Below are positions 39,480-49,040 of a stretch of DNA of 64,000 nt, piece after piece. The notes below the pieces were generated by a model that was not told the DNA's origin, did no database searches, and was given only the letters and a program-made list of their open reading frames with translations. Position 1 is the first letter of the stretch. Each line of letters begins with the position of its first letter. The position numbers were made by a program, and so were the translations under genes. Source of the stretch: Lachnospiraceae bacterium (GTDB taxonomy: Bacteria; Bacillota; Clostridia; Lachnospirales; Lachnospiraceae); the NCBI GenBank assembly GCA_022510625.1, contig JAFLTD010000002.1, forward strand, positions 5,573 to 69,572, read 5' to 3'.

Positions 39480-41568
39480 CAAAATAGATTTATCATATGT
39501 CATTGCTTTTGCCCTCACTCTTTTTGCGCTGTTTGTTTTTCTGATTACAGAACCTTCGCTTTCACCGGCGGGAGATATGAACATAGCGGAGTATCTGGGC
39601 TCCTCTAAAATTGCACCGGGGTTTTTCTTTATATCACCGGTGCTTGCAAGTGTCCTGCGTTTCTTTAATGCCATATATACGGCGAATTGGTGGGCGCTTT
39701 TTTCGATTGCGGTCATGTTTTGCGGACTGTATGTATGTTTGTGGTTTGTGAATAAGAGGGCTGCCCTGCGGGAATGGACAGCTTTGTTATTGACGGACGG
39801 ACTGTTTGTTTTGTTTTTCTGGGAGTTGATGTTAAAGTATGAAATCAATTTCACGCAGACAACCATGATAGCAGGGATGTCTGCTGTTCTGCTTATATTG
39901 GACAGTTGTTACGAGCGCGTCGGAAAGCCTGCGGACCGTAAAGCCGCCATTATAAAAATCTGTCTGGGTATTTGTCTGCTGTTTGTCTCCGGGTCCATTC
40001 GCTGGAAGGCATTTGCATTAATGCTGCCCTTTGCGGTAATGTGTCTGGGTTACTTCTTCGTATTTCCATGTACGTCCCCCAATCTGATTGAATCTCTGCG
40101 TTCTTCGTGGAAATCCAAGAAAAAACTGCTTTTGGTGGCGGGAATGGTCATACTGACAGTCTTTATCTCCTATGGTTTGCACAAGCTGTACGGAGTTGTG
40201 AATTCTGATTTGGATGAATATGTGAAAGCCAATGCATTGCGCGAAGATATATGCGATTATGCGGATCGCTATCCGGAGTACAGCCTGAACGAGGAAATTT
40301 ATCAAAGTTTAGGCATTAAGCAGTCATGGATTGATATGGTCTGTGCCTTTTTGACCGGGGATGAGAATCATTTTACCTCCGTTGATTTGGATAAAATGGC
40401 CTCATTAAGGCAGAGCAGTCATAAGGAAATCAGGGATTTTACGGGTTCACTTAAAGGACATACCGTATTGTGGATTAGTCTGGCAATCCTGCTGATTTTT
40501 CTGACGCTGCTGCGAGGCGAAAAGCAGTTTTATATTCCGCTTATCGGCAGCATTTTTGCTTTTATGCTGTGCGGCATTTACTTTGTTGCGATTGGACGTA
40601 TAGCGTGGAGGGTGACGAACGGGTGTATTTTGGCATCCGCCCTTTCCTATATTGCCATGATGTCCTATCAAACTTCCCGCACGGAGGTCAGAAGGTTTGA
40701 TTTAAAGGAGAAGGCGGGACTGCTTGCTTTGACCGCAATTTTTTTCGTGGTGGGATGTGTCTGTGTCAGATTTGAAAAAGAATTCTCGCTGCCGAGAGCG
40801 GCCGTAACAGACGAAGAGCGTGCGGGTATGCTGGATTACATCGATATGAATGCCGGTACGCTTTATCTTGATGTAGAAGACACTCTCCGTTTTTACAACT
40901 CCTATAATCTGTGGGCGGCCCACGAGCCTGAATATATGGACAATGTCATCTCTCTGGCTGCTCATTTTATTATCGGCGAAAAGAAAACGCTTGCCGCGGC
41001 GGGAACAGATCATTTATTTGACGATATGTTGACAAGGCCCAACATATACGTCAGATACTGTTCTCATGACACGAACGGTATTTTTCTTAACTATCTGAGG
41101 GATTATTATGATGACCGTATATCTGTCAGTGTCGTGGATGGGTACGGCAGTACCAGGTATTTGCGATATTCCCTGCCGATTGATGAAGTTGTGGAGACAA
41201 ATGAGAATCCCACACAGGGTAATATTGTTTTTGAAGTAGTGGATGAATTTCCCGATGATTCTTCCGTGATTACAGCAGTACAGGTGAATTTCAGGCAGGA
41301 TACGGCAGATGAAAATATATATCAGGACTATTATCTGAATGTCACGGATGCTGCGACCGGTGCAATATATTCTTACGGATTAAAATCGAACGAGTCGGGC
41401 TGCGGCGGAAAAGTGTTGTGGATGGACGGAACCTGGAGTTTGGATGCTATATCGGTTTCTCTGGTCGGATATGACTCGGGCGGCACCTATCACGCAATTG
41501 CGGATGTTACGGAAGCATTCGTGTTACCGCTTCGGGCTCCGGATGGGGCTTCCGAGACGGAACATTGA
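39460..41568 (+). CDS. Large polytopic membrane protein with C-terminal extracellular domain (GT-C-like, inferred)
   Basis: About 11 TM helices, NFTQT and GSIRW motifs, soluble C-terminal region; ATG at 39460 follows an AGGAGG RBS. Confidence 0.55.
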   Translation: MMKRLISKIDLSYVIAFALTLFALFVFLITEPSLSPAGDMNIAEYLGSSKIAPGFFFISPVLASVLRFFNAIYTANWWALFSIAVMFCGLYVCLWFVNKRAALREWTALLLTDGLFVLFFWELMLKYEINFTQTTMIAGMSAVLLILDSCYERVGKPADRKAAIIKICLGICLLFVSGSIRWKAFALMLPFAVMCLGYFFVFPCTSPNLIESLRSSWKSKKKLLLVAGMVILTVFISYGLHKLYGVVNSDLDEYVKANALREDICDYADRYPEYSLNEEIYQSLGIKQSWIDMVCAFLTGDENHFTSVDLDKMASLRQSSHKEIRDFTGSLKGHTVLWISLAILLIFLTLLRGEKQFYIPLIGSIFAFMLCGIYFVAIGRIAWRVTNGCILASALSYIAMMSYQTSRTEVRRFDLKEKAGLLALTAIFFVVGCVCVRFEKEFSLPRAAVTDEERAGMLDYIDMNAGTLYLDVEDTLRFYNSYNLWAAHEPEYMDNVISLAAHFIIGEKKTLAAAGTDHLFDDMLTRPNIYVRYCSHDTNGIFLNYLRDYYDDRISVSVVDGYGSTRYLRYSLPIDEVVETNENPTQGNIVFEVVDEFPDDSSVITAVQVNFRQDTADENIYQDYYLNVTDAATGAIYSYGLKSNESGCGGKVLWMDGTWSLDAISVSLVGYDSGGTYHAIADVTEAFVLPLRAPDGASETEH

Positions 41569-41593
41569 ATTTTTGCCGTAGAAATGCTATTCT
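41565..41593 (+). promoter_or_regulatory. Putative sigma-A promoter for wzx; near-copy of the 33577 promoter
   Basis: TTGAAT (41565-41570), 17 nt spacer, TGcTATTCT (-10 at 41588-41593). Confidence 0.55.
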
Positions 41594-41634
41594 AATGGCA
41601 TCTGATACATGACAGAAAGAGATACAATGGCGAT

Positions 41635-43185
41635 ATGGGCAGAGTGAAACAGACCGAAAAGAATATTTTCTTCGGTATGATCGGCAATTTCATGATTCTG
41701 GTTGTAGGGCTTATCCAGAGAAAAGTTTTCATCAGTGTGCTCGGGGAGACACTGCTTGGTATTGACGGTCTATATACGGATATTTTGGGTATTCTGTCAC
41801 TTGCGGAGCTGGGGATTGGCGCTGCGCTTAACTTCAGCCTGTATAAGCCTGTAGCTGCCGGAGACCGCGAGAAGATTAAGGCTTATATGCTGTTTTATAG
41901 AAAGGCGTACCGGGTGGTAGCATGCGCCGTTGCGGTAATCGGACTTGTTTTGACGCCCTTTTTGCCCTATATCATAAACGAAGAAAAAAGAGGGGATATT
42001 TCGATAGTAAATCTTACGGTTTACTATCTTGTGTTTTTGTTCAATACGGTCAGCACTTATTTTGTGGCCTACAAATACAGCCTCGCCAATGCGGAGCAGA
42101 AGAACTATATCCAGACCAATATTTTGACCATAACCAAGATTGTAACCGCCTCCGTGCAGATTGCAGTCCTGTGGATTACAGAAAATTTTTTGCTGTATCT
42201 GCTGACCAAGGCGGCAGTGGAATTAATACAGAAAATTTTCGTCAGTATCTATTTTAACAGGCTCTATCCGTATCTGCTTGATAGGGACGTGCAGAAATTG
42301 GATAAAGAGGAAACGGCAGCCATTACGAGCAAGAGTAAGGCGCAGATGCTTCATAAGATTGGCGACGCGGCAAGGCTTTCGACAGACAGCATTATTATCT
42401 CTTCCATGATAAATGTCGAGTCTGTGGGACTTGTCAATAATTACAATGTGATGATCAACTATGCTTCCACATTTATAAATATTATTTTTGATTCTGCGAT
42501 TTCCGGTTTCGGGAATCTGGTGGCTACAGAGACACAGGATAAGCAGTATCGGTTGTTTAAGGTGTACAGATTCTTTGCCGGTTGGATATACGGCTTTGCG
42601 GCCGTCGGATTCTGGCTGCTCTTAACCCCCTTTATCACGGAACTGTATCTGGATAAGAGCTGGGAATTGGGAGCGGTTATTCTGACATTGATCTTGATAG
42701 ATTTCTACCTCAAGGGCAGCAGGATTGTTCTGTTTAATTTCAAGACAGCGGCAGGTATTTTTGAACAGGACAAGTATCTGGCATTTATACAGGGAATTGT
42801 CAATTTGGTGATTTCCATAATCGGAGTCAAATGGATTGGTCTTGCGGGTGTTTATGTGGGAACGGTGGTTTCCGGCATTATAGCCAATTTAGTCCGTCCC
42901 GTAATTATTTACAGGGATTGTTTTTCCAGAAGTGTACGCGATTATTTTACAGATTCTTTGAAGTATCTCGGTGCGGTGCTGGGGATTGCCGTATTATTGG
43001 TTCCTGTTAAAAGCGCTGTGCTTGCACAGGTGAATATTTTAACATTTGTTTTGATGGCGCTGATCGTCACGGCAGTCTATAATTTGATTTTCCTGCTGCT
43101 TTTCAGAAAGACGGCGGAATTTGATTATTTATGGAGTCTGGTTTCAGGAAAGCTGCCGTTTCTGAAAAACAAGAGTGTTGGATGA
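41635..43185 (+). CDS. wzx: Wzx/MATE-family oligosaccharide flippase
   Basis: About 14 TM helices, LSLAELGIG..L.FSLYKP, STDSIIIS. Confidence 0.8.
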   Translation: MGRVKQTEKNIFFGMIGNFMILVVGLIQRKVFISVLGETLLGIDGLYTDILGILSLAELGIGAALNFSLYKPVAAGDREKIKAYMLFYRKAYRVVACAVAVIGLVLTPFLPYIINEEKRGDISIVNLTVYYLVFLFNTVSTYFVAYKYSLANAEQKNYIQTNILTITKIVTASVQIAVLWITENFLLYLLTKAAVELIQKIFVSIYFNRLYPYLLDRDVQKLDKEETAAITSKSKAQMLHKIGDAARLSTDSIIISSMINVESVGLVNNYNVMINYASTFINIIFDSAISGFGNLVATETQDKQYRLFKVYRFFAGWIYGFAAVGFWLLLTPFITELYLDKSWELGAVILTLILIDFYLKGSRIVLFNFKTAAGIFEQDKYLAFIQGIVNLVISIIGVKWIGLAGVYVGTVVSGIIANLVRPVIIYRDCFSRSVRDYFTDSLKYLGAVLGIAVLLVPVKSAVLAQVNILTFVLMALIVTAVYNLIFLLLFRKTAEFDYLWSLVSGKLPFLKNKSVG

Positions 43186-43203
43186 AAGGCATTGGGAATT
43201 GCT

Positions 43204-44130
43204 ATGATTATCATCAGGGCTATGGGTGGTCTGGGAAACCAACTGCAGCAATATGCGCTGTATAAAAAACTGGAGAGCACAGGCAGAGATGTCCGAATGG
43301 ATATCTCATGGTTCAGAAATGCCGACACGCAGGCAAAGATGCTGAAACCAAGAGATTTGGAATTGGGCTATTTCGAGGGTATATCCTATCGGTCTGCCGA
43401 ACCGGAAGAGATAAGAGGCATACTCGGAAGACTGTGGGATGAGAAGGAAACCTTTGTTTCCAAAGTGCGAAGAAAACTGTTGCCCGCTTCCGCCCCCTGT
43501 TTCTTGGAAAGCGATATGTACCATGAAGTGATATTTGGGTCAGACAATAAATATCTGGTAGGATACTGGGCGTGTGAAAAGTATTATGCGGATATTTTAG
43601 AGAAATTGCGCAGCGAGATTCATTTTCCGCAAAGTGATAATACAGAGCTTGACAATCAGAACAAGGCAGTGATGGATAGAATGGAACAGACGCAGTCCGT
43701 CAGCGTTCACATCCGCAGGGGAGATTATCTGGAGGGCGCGAATGCCGCACTTTACGGCAATATCTGCACAGAAGACTACTATGATGCGGCGATTGCTTAT
43801 ATGAAAGAGAGATTTCCTTCCGCAAAGTTTTTCTTTTTCTCGGATGATATTCCTTATGTGAGGGAACATTACCGGTCCGAAGATTATGAATTGATAGACT
43901 GGAATCACGGTAAGGACAGCTTCTATGATATGATGTTAATGAGCCGATGTAAGCATAATATCTGTGCCAACAGTACATTCAGCTTCTGGGGAGCGAGACT
44001 CAATCCGCATACAGATAAGATTATGATTCGTCCGTCGATTCACAGAAATAATCAGACCTGTCCTCCGGAGCGTATGAAAAAGCTGTGGCAGGGGTGGACA
44101 TTGATTACGCCGCAGGGGGATATACTGTGA
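43204..44130 (+). CDS. GT11 alpha-1,2-fucosyltransferase-like protein 2
   Basis: GGLGNQLQQYA, YLVGYW, VHIRRGDY, FFSDD, ICANSTFSFWGA. Confidence 0.9.
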   Translation: MIIIRAMGGLGNQLQQYALYKKLESTGRDVRMDISWFRNADTQAKMLKPRDLELGYFEGISYRSAEPEEIRGILGRLWDEKETFVSKVRRKLLPASAPCFLESDMYHEVIFGSDNKYLVGYWACEKYYADILEKLRSEIHFPQSDNTELDNQNKAVMDRMEQTQSVSVHIRRGDYLEGANAALYGNICTEDYYDAAIAYMKERFPSAKFFFFSDDIPYVREHYRSEDYELIDWNHGKDSFYDMMLMSRCKHNICANSTFSFWGARLNPHTDKIMIRPSIHRNNQTCPPERMKKLWQGWTLITPQGDIL

Positions 44131-44140
44131 AAATGAGTGT

Positions 44141-45784
44141 TTGAAGTCAATGAGTAAGAAAGGTAATTCGATGGACAGAGTCAGAGAAATCTTTTTTTAT
44201 AAACTAAATACGAAAGAGACTCTATATTTCGGTTTCTTTATTTTATTGTCCGTTACCAAAGGTCTTGGTTTATATGAAGAACAGAAATTATTTATTCTGT
44301 TGGCCGTACCGGCTCTGATATGCGGGTTTCTAAAGGTTATTCTTTCTTCCTATACAAAGCGTCAGTGGATTACGGTGCTGATTTTGCTGCTTATCACAGC
44401 CATTGTTTATTATCAATCCTTAGAACCGGGAATCTTGTTTATAATGCTTATGATATTGGGGATGAAGGATATTTCTTCGGAGAAGGTGTTTCGTGTGGGT
44501 TTGTGGGTGTGGACACTGTGTTCGGTTTTCCTGTGTGTCATATCTTTTTTCAGAATAGAACATACCGTATACCGTGTTTCCGATAAACTGGGTCTGGGTT
44601 ATATTATGCGGTGGAGTCTGGGATTTACCCATCCCAATACCTTTCATATAACCTATCTTGCATTGTGCGCTTATATCATACACGAATTGGCAGATCGCTA
44701 TGAATTCAAGCATTTTATATTATTGATGATAGGCAATGTACTTGTTTTTTTCTACTCTGTCAGTTTCACAGGATTCGGAATTGTGACGGTGTTTTTGGTC
44801 GGAGAACTGTATGTGGCATTCAGACCCCGATTTAATCTGCTTGAGAAAATATTGGTTAATATGGTACTGCCGATTATTATTTTTGCCTCGTTTGTGCTGC
44901 CGCTGTTGCTTCATGTGCCCGGATATTCTGAAGTGCTGCAAAAGCTGAATGCATTGGTCAATACAAGAATAAATGTGGCAAGCAATTACCTTGTGCCGGA
45001 GTGTATGAGTCTGTTCGGTGTGAGAATGTCGTATTTGTCGCAGATTCAGTCGTATCTGTCCATAGACAGCTCGTATATATGGGCATTTATCCATTACGGC
45101 ATTGTTCCCTTCGCGCTGTTCATGCTGGCATATTTTATCTTGATTGCCGATTATACCGGGAAGCAGAAGACAAGAGAGCTTGTGATGATTATCTGTTTTT
45201 TGGCAGCAGGCATTACCGAACCGCTGTTGTTTAATACTTCTTTTAAGAATGTGACCCTGTTGTTTTTGGGAGAACTACTATTCAGACAGAAAGATGGCGA
45301 GAGAGAATATTACTTGATCCCTGTCCTGACGCAGAAAACGGATGAACTGTATTCGGCAATGTTTACCAAAGTAAGAAAATGGATTCAGCTTGTGGAAAAC
45401 CTCCCCTCATTGTTTGGGGCAGTTTGGACGTCCCATCGCAGACGGGTTATGGCGGGCATCGCTGTGGGAGCTTTACTTGGCGTCATATTGTGCGGTATCT
45501 GTTATACGCAGCCGAAAGGATATATTGTGCCGCGGAGAAATACGGATTGGAGAGAGAAGATATCTGTTTATTTGACGAGTGCGGAGGATCCTGTATACGA
45601 GGGTTATCGCATTATGAATTACCGGGATGCCGAGACACCGATGCAGATTGTGGAGGGCAATGCGGTTGTGTTAGAAACTGTCAGATATTATGTGGGCAGT
45701 ATTCTGATTGGCGGACTGGCAGGATATTTAACCGGTGTTGTGACGATAATGTTGATTTATAACAGAGGTAGCCATGAAGAGTGA
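44141..45784 (+). CDS. Wzy-like polysaccharide polymerase 2 with C-terminal extension
   Basis: RWSLGFTHPN motif, many TM helices, IDSSY; start codon uncertain (TTG 44141 or a later ATG). Confidence 0.6.
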   Translation: MKSMSKKGNSMDRVREIFFYKLNTKETLYFGFFILLSVTKGLGLYEEQKLFILLAVPALICGFLKVILSSYTKRQWITVLILLLITAIVYYQSLEPGILFIMLMILGMKDISSEKVFRVGLWVWTLCSVFLCVISFFRIEHTVYRVSDKLGLGYIMRWSLGFTHPNTFHITYLALCAYIIHELADRYEFKHFILLMIGNVLVFFYSVSFTGFGIVTVFLVGELYVAFRPRFNLLEKILVNMVLPIIIFASFVLPLLLHVPGYSEVLQKLNALVNTRINVASNYLVPECMSLFGVRMSYLSQIQSYLSIDSSYIWAFIHYGIVPFALFMLAYFILIADYTGKQKTRELVMIICFLAAGITEPLLFNTSFKNVTLLFLGELLFRQKDGEREYYLIPVLTQKTDELYSAMFTKVRKWIQLVENLPSLFGAVWTSHRRRVMAGIAVGALLGVILCGICYTQPKGYIVPRRNTDWREKISVYLTSAEDPVYEGYRIMNYRDAETPMQIVEGNAVVLETVRYYVGSILIGGLAGYLTGVVTIMLIYNRGSHEE

Positions 45785-47678
45785 ATTGCAATATTGTACC
45801 ATTTTGAAAACAAATATCAATGTGACCGATATGGACAGGACAATCTCCTATATCACAGAGAATCTGGAAGGATTAAAAGGTAATTATATCTGTGTCTCCA
45901 ATGTCCACACTACTGTGATGTCATTTCGGGATGAAGAGTACCGCAAGATACAGAACAGCGCTGCCATGGCGCTGCCTGACGGGCAGCCTTTGTCGATTGT
46001 CAGCCGCAGGAGAGGATATGCGGATGCGCGGCGCGTTCCGGGTCCCGATCTTATGCCGGCGATTCTCGATCTATCGCAGGACAAGGGATATACACATTAC
46101 TTTTACGGCAGTACCAAGAGCACGCTGGCACAGCTTAAGAAAGAGATACTCGGCAGATATCCGAGACTGCGCATTGCAGGTATGTATGCGCCGCCCTTTC
46201 GGGAACTGACCGAAGATGAAGATGAGAAGATTGTTCATAGGATCAACGAAAGCGGTGCTGATTTTGTCTGGGTGGCATTGGGTGCGCCGAAACAGGAGAG
46301 ATGGATGTATGAGCACCGGAATAAAGTAAACGGTCTTATGATCGGTGTGGGGGCGGCATTCGACTTTATTGCGGGCACAACAAAAAGGGCGCCCATGTGG
46401 ATGCAGAAACTCTGTCTGGAATGGGTATTTCGCATCATGCAGAATCCAAGGAAGATGATTCCGCGCTATTTGAACACTAACTTTTCATTTCTCTATTATG
46501 TGCATAAGGAAAATAAACAGTTCAAAAACCGACTGCGCATTGCGATGATCGGACACAAGCGGATACCGTCCAGAGAGGGCGGCATCGAGATTGTGGTGGA
46601 GGAACTGGCAGTGCGTATGGCGGCATTGGGACATCGCGTAGATGTCTACAACCGTTACGGGCATCATGTATCCGGCAAAAAGTATGATCAGGAGTACGGC
46701 TGGAAAGGCAGAAAATACTACAAAGGTGTCAGGGTATATATTATACCCACGTTCAGGACGAGCAGTTTAAATGCCATCGTATACAGTTTTCTTGCGACAA
46801 TCAGGGCATTGTTTGGCAGATATGATGTGCTGCATTACCATGCGGAAGGACCGTGCGCCATGTTATGGCTTCCGAAATTATTCCGCAGAAAAATTGTCGT
46901 GACAATTCACGGACTTGACTGGCAGCGTGCAAAGTGGGGTAATTTCGCGTCCTTCGTCATCAAGTTCGGTGAGAAGATGGCGGCCAAATATGCCGATGAA
47001 GTGATCGTGCTGTCCGAGAATGTGCAGAAGTATTTTGCAGATACTTACAGCAGGCAGGTCACCTATATCCCTAACGGCATCAGCAGACCGGAGAAGCGGG
47101 ATACACAGTTGATCGCGGAGAAATACGGTCTCGTCAAAGACGGTTACCTGTTATTCCTCGGCAGGATCGTGCCTGAAAAAGGGCTGCATTACCTGATTGA
47201 AGCCTTTGCCAAAATCGATACGGATATGAGACTGGTCATAGCCGGGGGCAACAGCCAGGCAGTGGAGTATATGGAGCGTATTCACCGGATGGCAGCCGGG
47301 GATGAGCGTATCATCATGACGGATTTTGTACAGGGACAGATGCTTGAAGAATTGTACTCCAATGCCTATGCCTTCGTGCTGCCCAGTGATGTGGAGGGAA
47401 TGGCGTTGAGCCTGCTCGAAGCGATGAGTTACGGCAATTGCTGCCTCGTCAGCGACATCTGTGAGAATACTGAAGTCGTGGAAGATAAAGCGCTCGTCTT
47501 TTGCAAGAGCGATGTGAAAGATCTGAGAAACAAATTGCAATATATTCTGGAACATCCAGAGGTAGTCCGGTCCTATGCAGAACAGAGCGCAGATTTTGTC
47601 TGTGGTAAATATAATTGGGACCAAATTGTGGATGAGACTGTCCGCCTTTATCGAGAAAGCGGTTCTCGCAGAGATTGA
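45774..47678 (+). CDS. WecB/TagA/CpsF (GT26) plus GT4 fusion glycosyltransferase
   Basis: N-terminal part: PDGQP, RVPGPDL, VALGAPKQE, GVGAAFDF..G..KRAP.WMQ...LEW..R; C-terminal part: GHKRIPSREGGIE, FLGRIVPEKG, EGMALSLLEAMSYG; continuous frame. Confidence 0.88.
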   Translation: MKSELQYCTILKTNINVTDMDRTISYITENLEGLKGNYICVSNVHTTVMSFRDEEYRKIQNSAAMALPDGQPLSIVSRRRGYADARRVPGPDLMPAILDLSQDKGYTHYFYGSTKSTLAQLKKEILGRYPRLRIAGMYAPPFRELTEDEDEKIVHRINESGADFVWVALGAPKQERWMYEHRNKVNGLMIGVGAAFDFIAGTTKRAPMWMQKLCLEWVFRIMQNPRKMIPRYLNTNFSFLYYVHKENKQFKNRLRIAMIGHKRIPSREGGIEIVVEELAVRMAALGHRVDVYNRYGHHVSGKKYDQEYGWKGRKYYKGVRVYIIPTFRTSSLNAIVYSFLATIRALFGRYDVLHYHAEGPCAMLWLPKLFRRKIVVTIHGLDWQRAKWGNFASFVIKFGEKMAAKYADEVIVLSENVQKYFADTYSRQVTYIPNGISRPEKRDTQLIAEKYGLVKDGYLLFLGRIVPEKGLHYLIEAFAKIDTDMRLVIAGGNSQAVEYMERIHRMAAGDERIIMTDFVQGQMLEELYSNAYAFVLPSDVEGMALSLLEAMSYGNCCLVSDICENTEVVEDKALVFCKSDVKDLRNKLQYILEHPEVVRSYAEQSADFVCGKYNWDQIVDETVRLYRESGSRRD

Positions 47679-47725
47679 CGGTCGTGTGGTAGGTAAGGCG
47701 TATATTCTTTTGAACGGAGACAAGA

Positions 47726-48985
47726 ATGAAAGTATTAATTGTAAATAAGTTTCTATACCCCAATGGCGGGTCGGAGACTTATATTTTCAAGTTAGGCGAA
47801 CAATTAGTGAAGATGGGGCACGAAGTGCAGTATTTCGGCATGGAACACGAGGGAAGGAGCGTGGGAAACCATGCAGAGGTATACACGTCGGATATGGATT
47901 TTCACGGCGGCGGATTAGGGAAGTTACTCTATCCGTTCCGCATTATATATTCCACGGAGGCTAAGAGAAAAATGCGCCTTGTGCTGGAAGATTTCAAGCC
48001 GGATGTGGTGCACTTGAACAATATCAATTTCCAGTTGACTCCGTCTGTCATCTATGCGGTCCGTAATTATGGGAAAAAGACCGGAAGACATATACGTATT
48101 GTGTACACGGCGCATGATTACCAGTGGGTATGTCCGGATCATCTTATGCGAATACCTTCAACCGGAGCGGTATGTTTTGCCTGCCGGGGCGGAGATTATA
48201 TACAGTGTACCAAAAACCGTTGTATTCACAATTCAATGATAAAGAGTCTGCTCGGAACGTTAGAGGCAAAGTACTATGCAAGGCGGAAAACTTACGGCAT
48301 GGTGGATGTGATTGTGTGTCCCAGCGCATTTATGAAAAGACAGCTCGACACGGATCCGCTCTTGGCGGACAAGACAGTCGTGATGCACAATTTTATTGGG
48401 ACGAATACCTCGAAGCAAACGGAAGCAACAGATGGGATGAATGTTGGGCAGGCTACTCCGGCAAATGATAATGACGGCCGCAGACGGAAAGATTATGTCA
48501 TATATTTCGGGCGCTTTTCGGAGGAAAAAGGTACGAAGACTTTATTGGAAACCTGCAGGGCACTGCCTGATATCCCTTTTGTCTTCGCGGGGACGGGTCC
48601 TTTGGAGGAACAGGTGAATGCGCTGCCAAATGTAGAGAACCATGGTTTTGTGATGGGAGAAAAACTGCAGGAACTGGTTACGGGTGCGCGCTTTAGCGTA
48701 CATCCCTCCGAATGTTACGATAACTGTCCCTTTGCCGTGATGGAATCACAGGTGTACGGTACGCCCGTGCTGGTTTCGGATTTGGGCGGTGCACCGGAAC
48801 TGGTGCAGACAGGTAAGACGGGTGAACTGTTCCGAGGCGGAGATGTGCGGGAGCTGACGGAGCACATCAGGGCACTCTGGGACAATCCCGAATTATGCCA
48901 ACGGTACAGTGAGAATTGCCGGGATATAAATTTCGACACAGCAGAAGAATATTGTGATAAAATAGTGAGGAAAGTATATTCATAA
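47726..48985 (+). CDS. GT4 glycosyltransferase (ExpE7-like, Cys-rich insert)
   Basis: GGSETY, TAHDYQWVCP...C..C......C...RC, GRFSEEKG, DNCPFAVMES. Confidence 0.88.
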   Translation: MKVLIVNKFLYPNGGSETYIFKLGEQLVKMGHEVQYFGMEHEGRSVGNHAEVYTSDMDFHGGGLGKLLYPFRIIYSTEAKRKMRLVLEDFKPDVVHLNNINFQLTPSVIYAVRNYGKKTGRHIRIVYTAHDYQWVCPDHLMRIPSTGAVCFACRGGDYIQCTKNRCIHNSMIKSLLGTLEAKYYARRKTYGMVDVIVCPSAFMKRQLDTDPLLADKTVVMHNFIGTNTSKQTEATDGMNVGQATPANDNDGRRRKDYVIYFGRFSEEKGTKTLLETCRALPDIPFVFAGTGPLEEQVNALPNVENHGFVMGEKLQELVTGARFSVHPSECYDNCPFAVMESQVYGTPVLVSDLGGAPELVQTGKTGELFRGGDVRELTEHIRALWDNPELCQRYSENCRDINFDTAEEYCDKIVRKVYS

Positions 48986-49040
48986 ATTGTGCTTGCACGA
49001 AAACAGAGCATCTGATTTTATGGGAGAGGAGCCCAAATAG

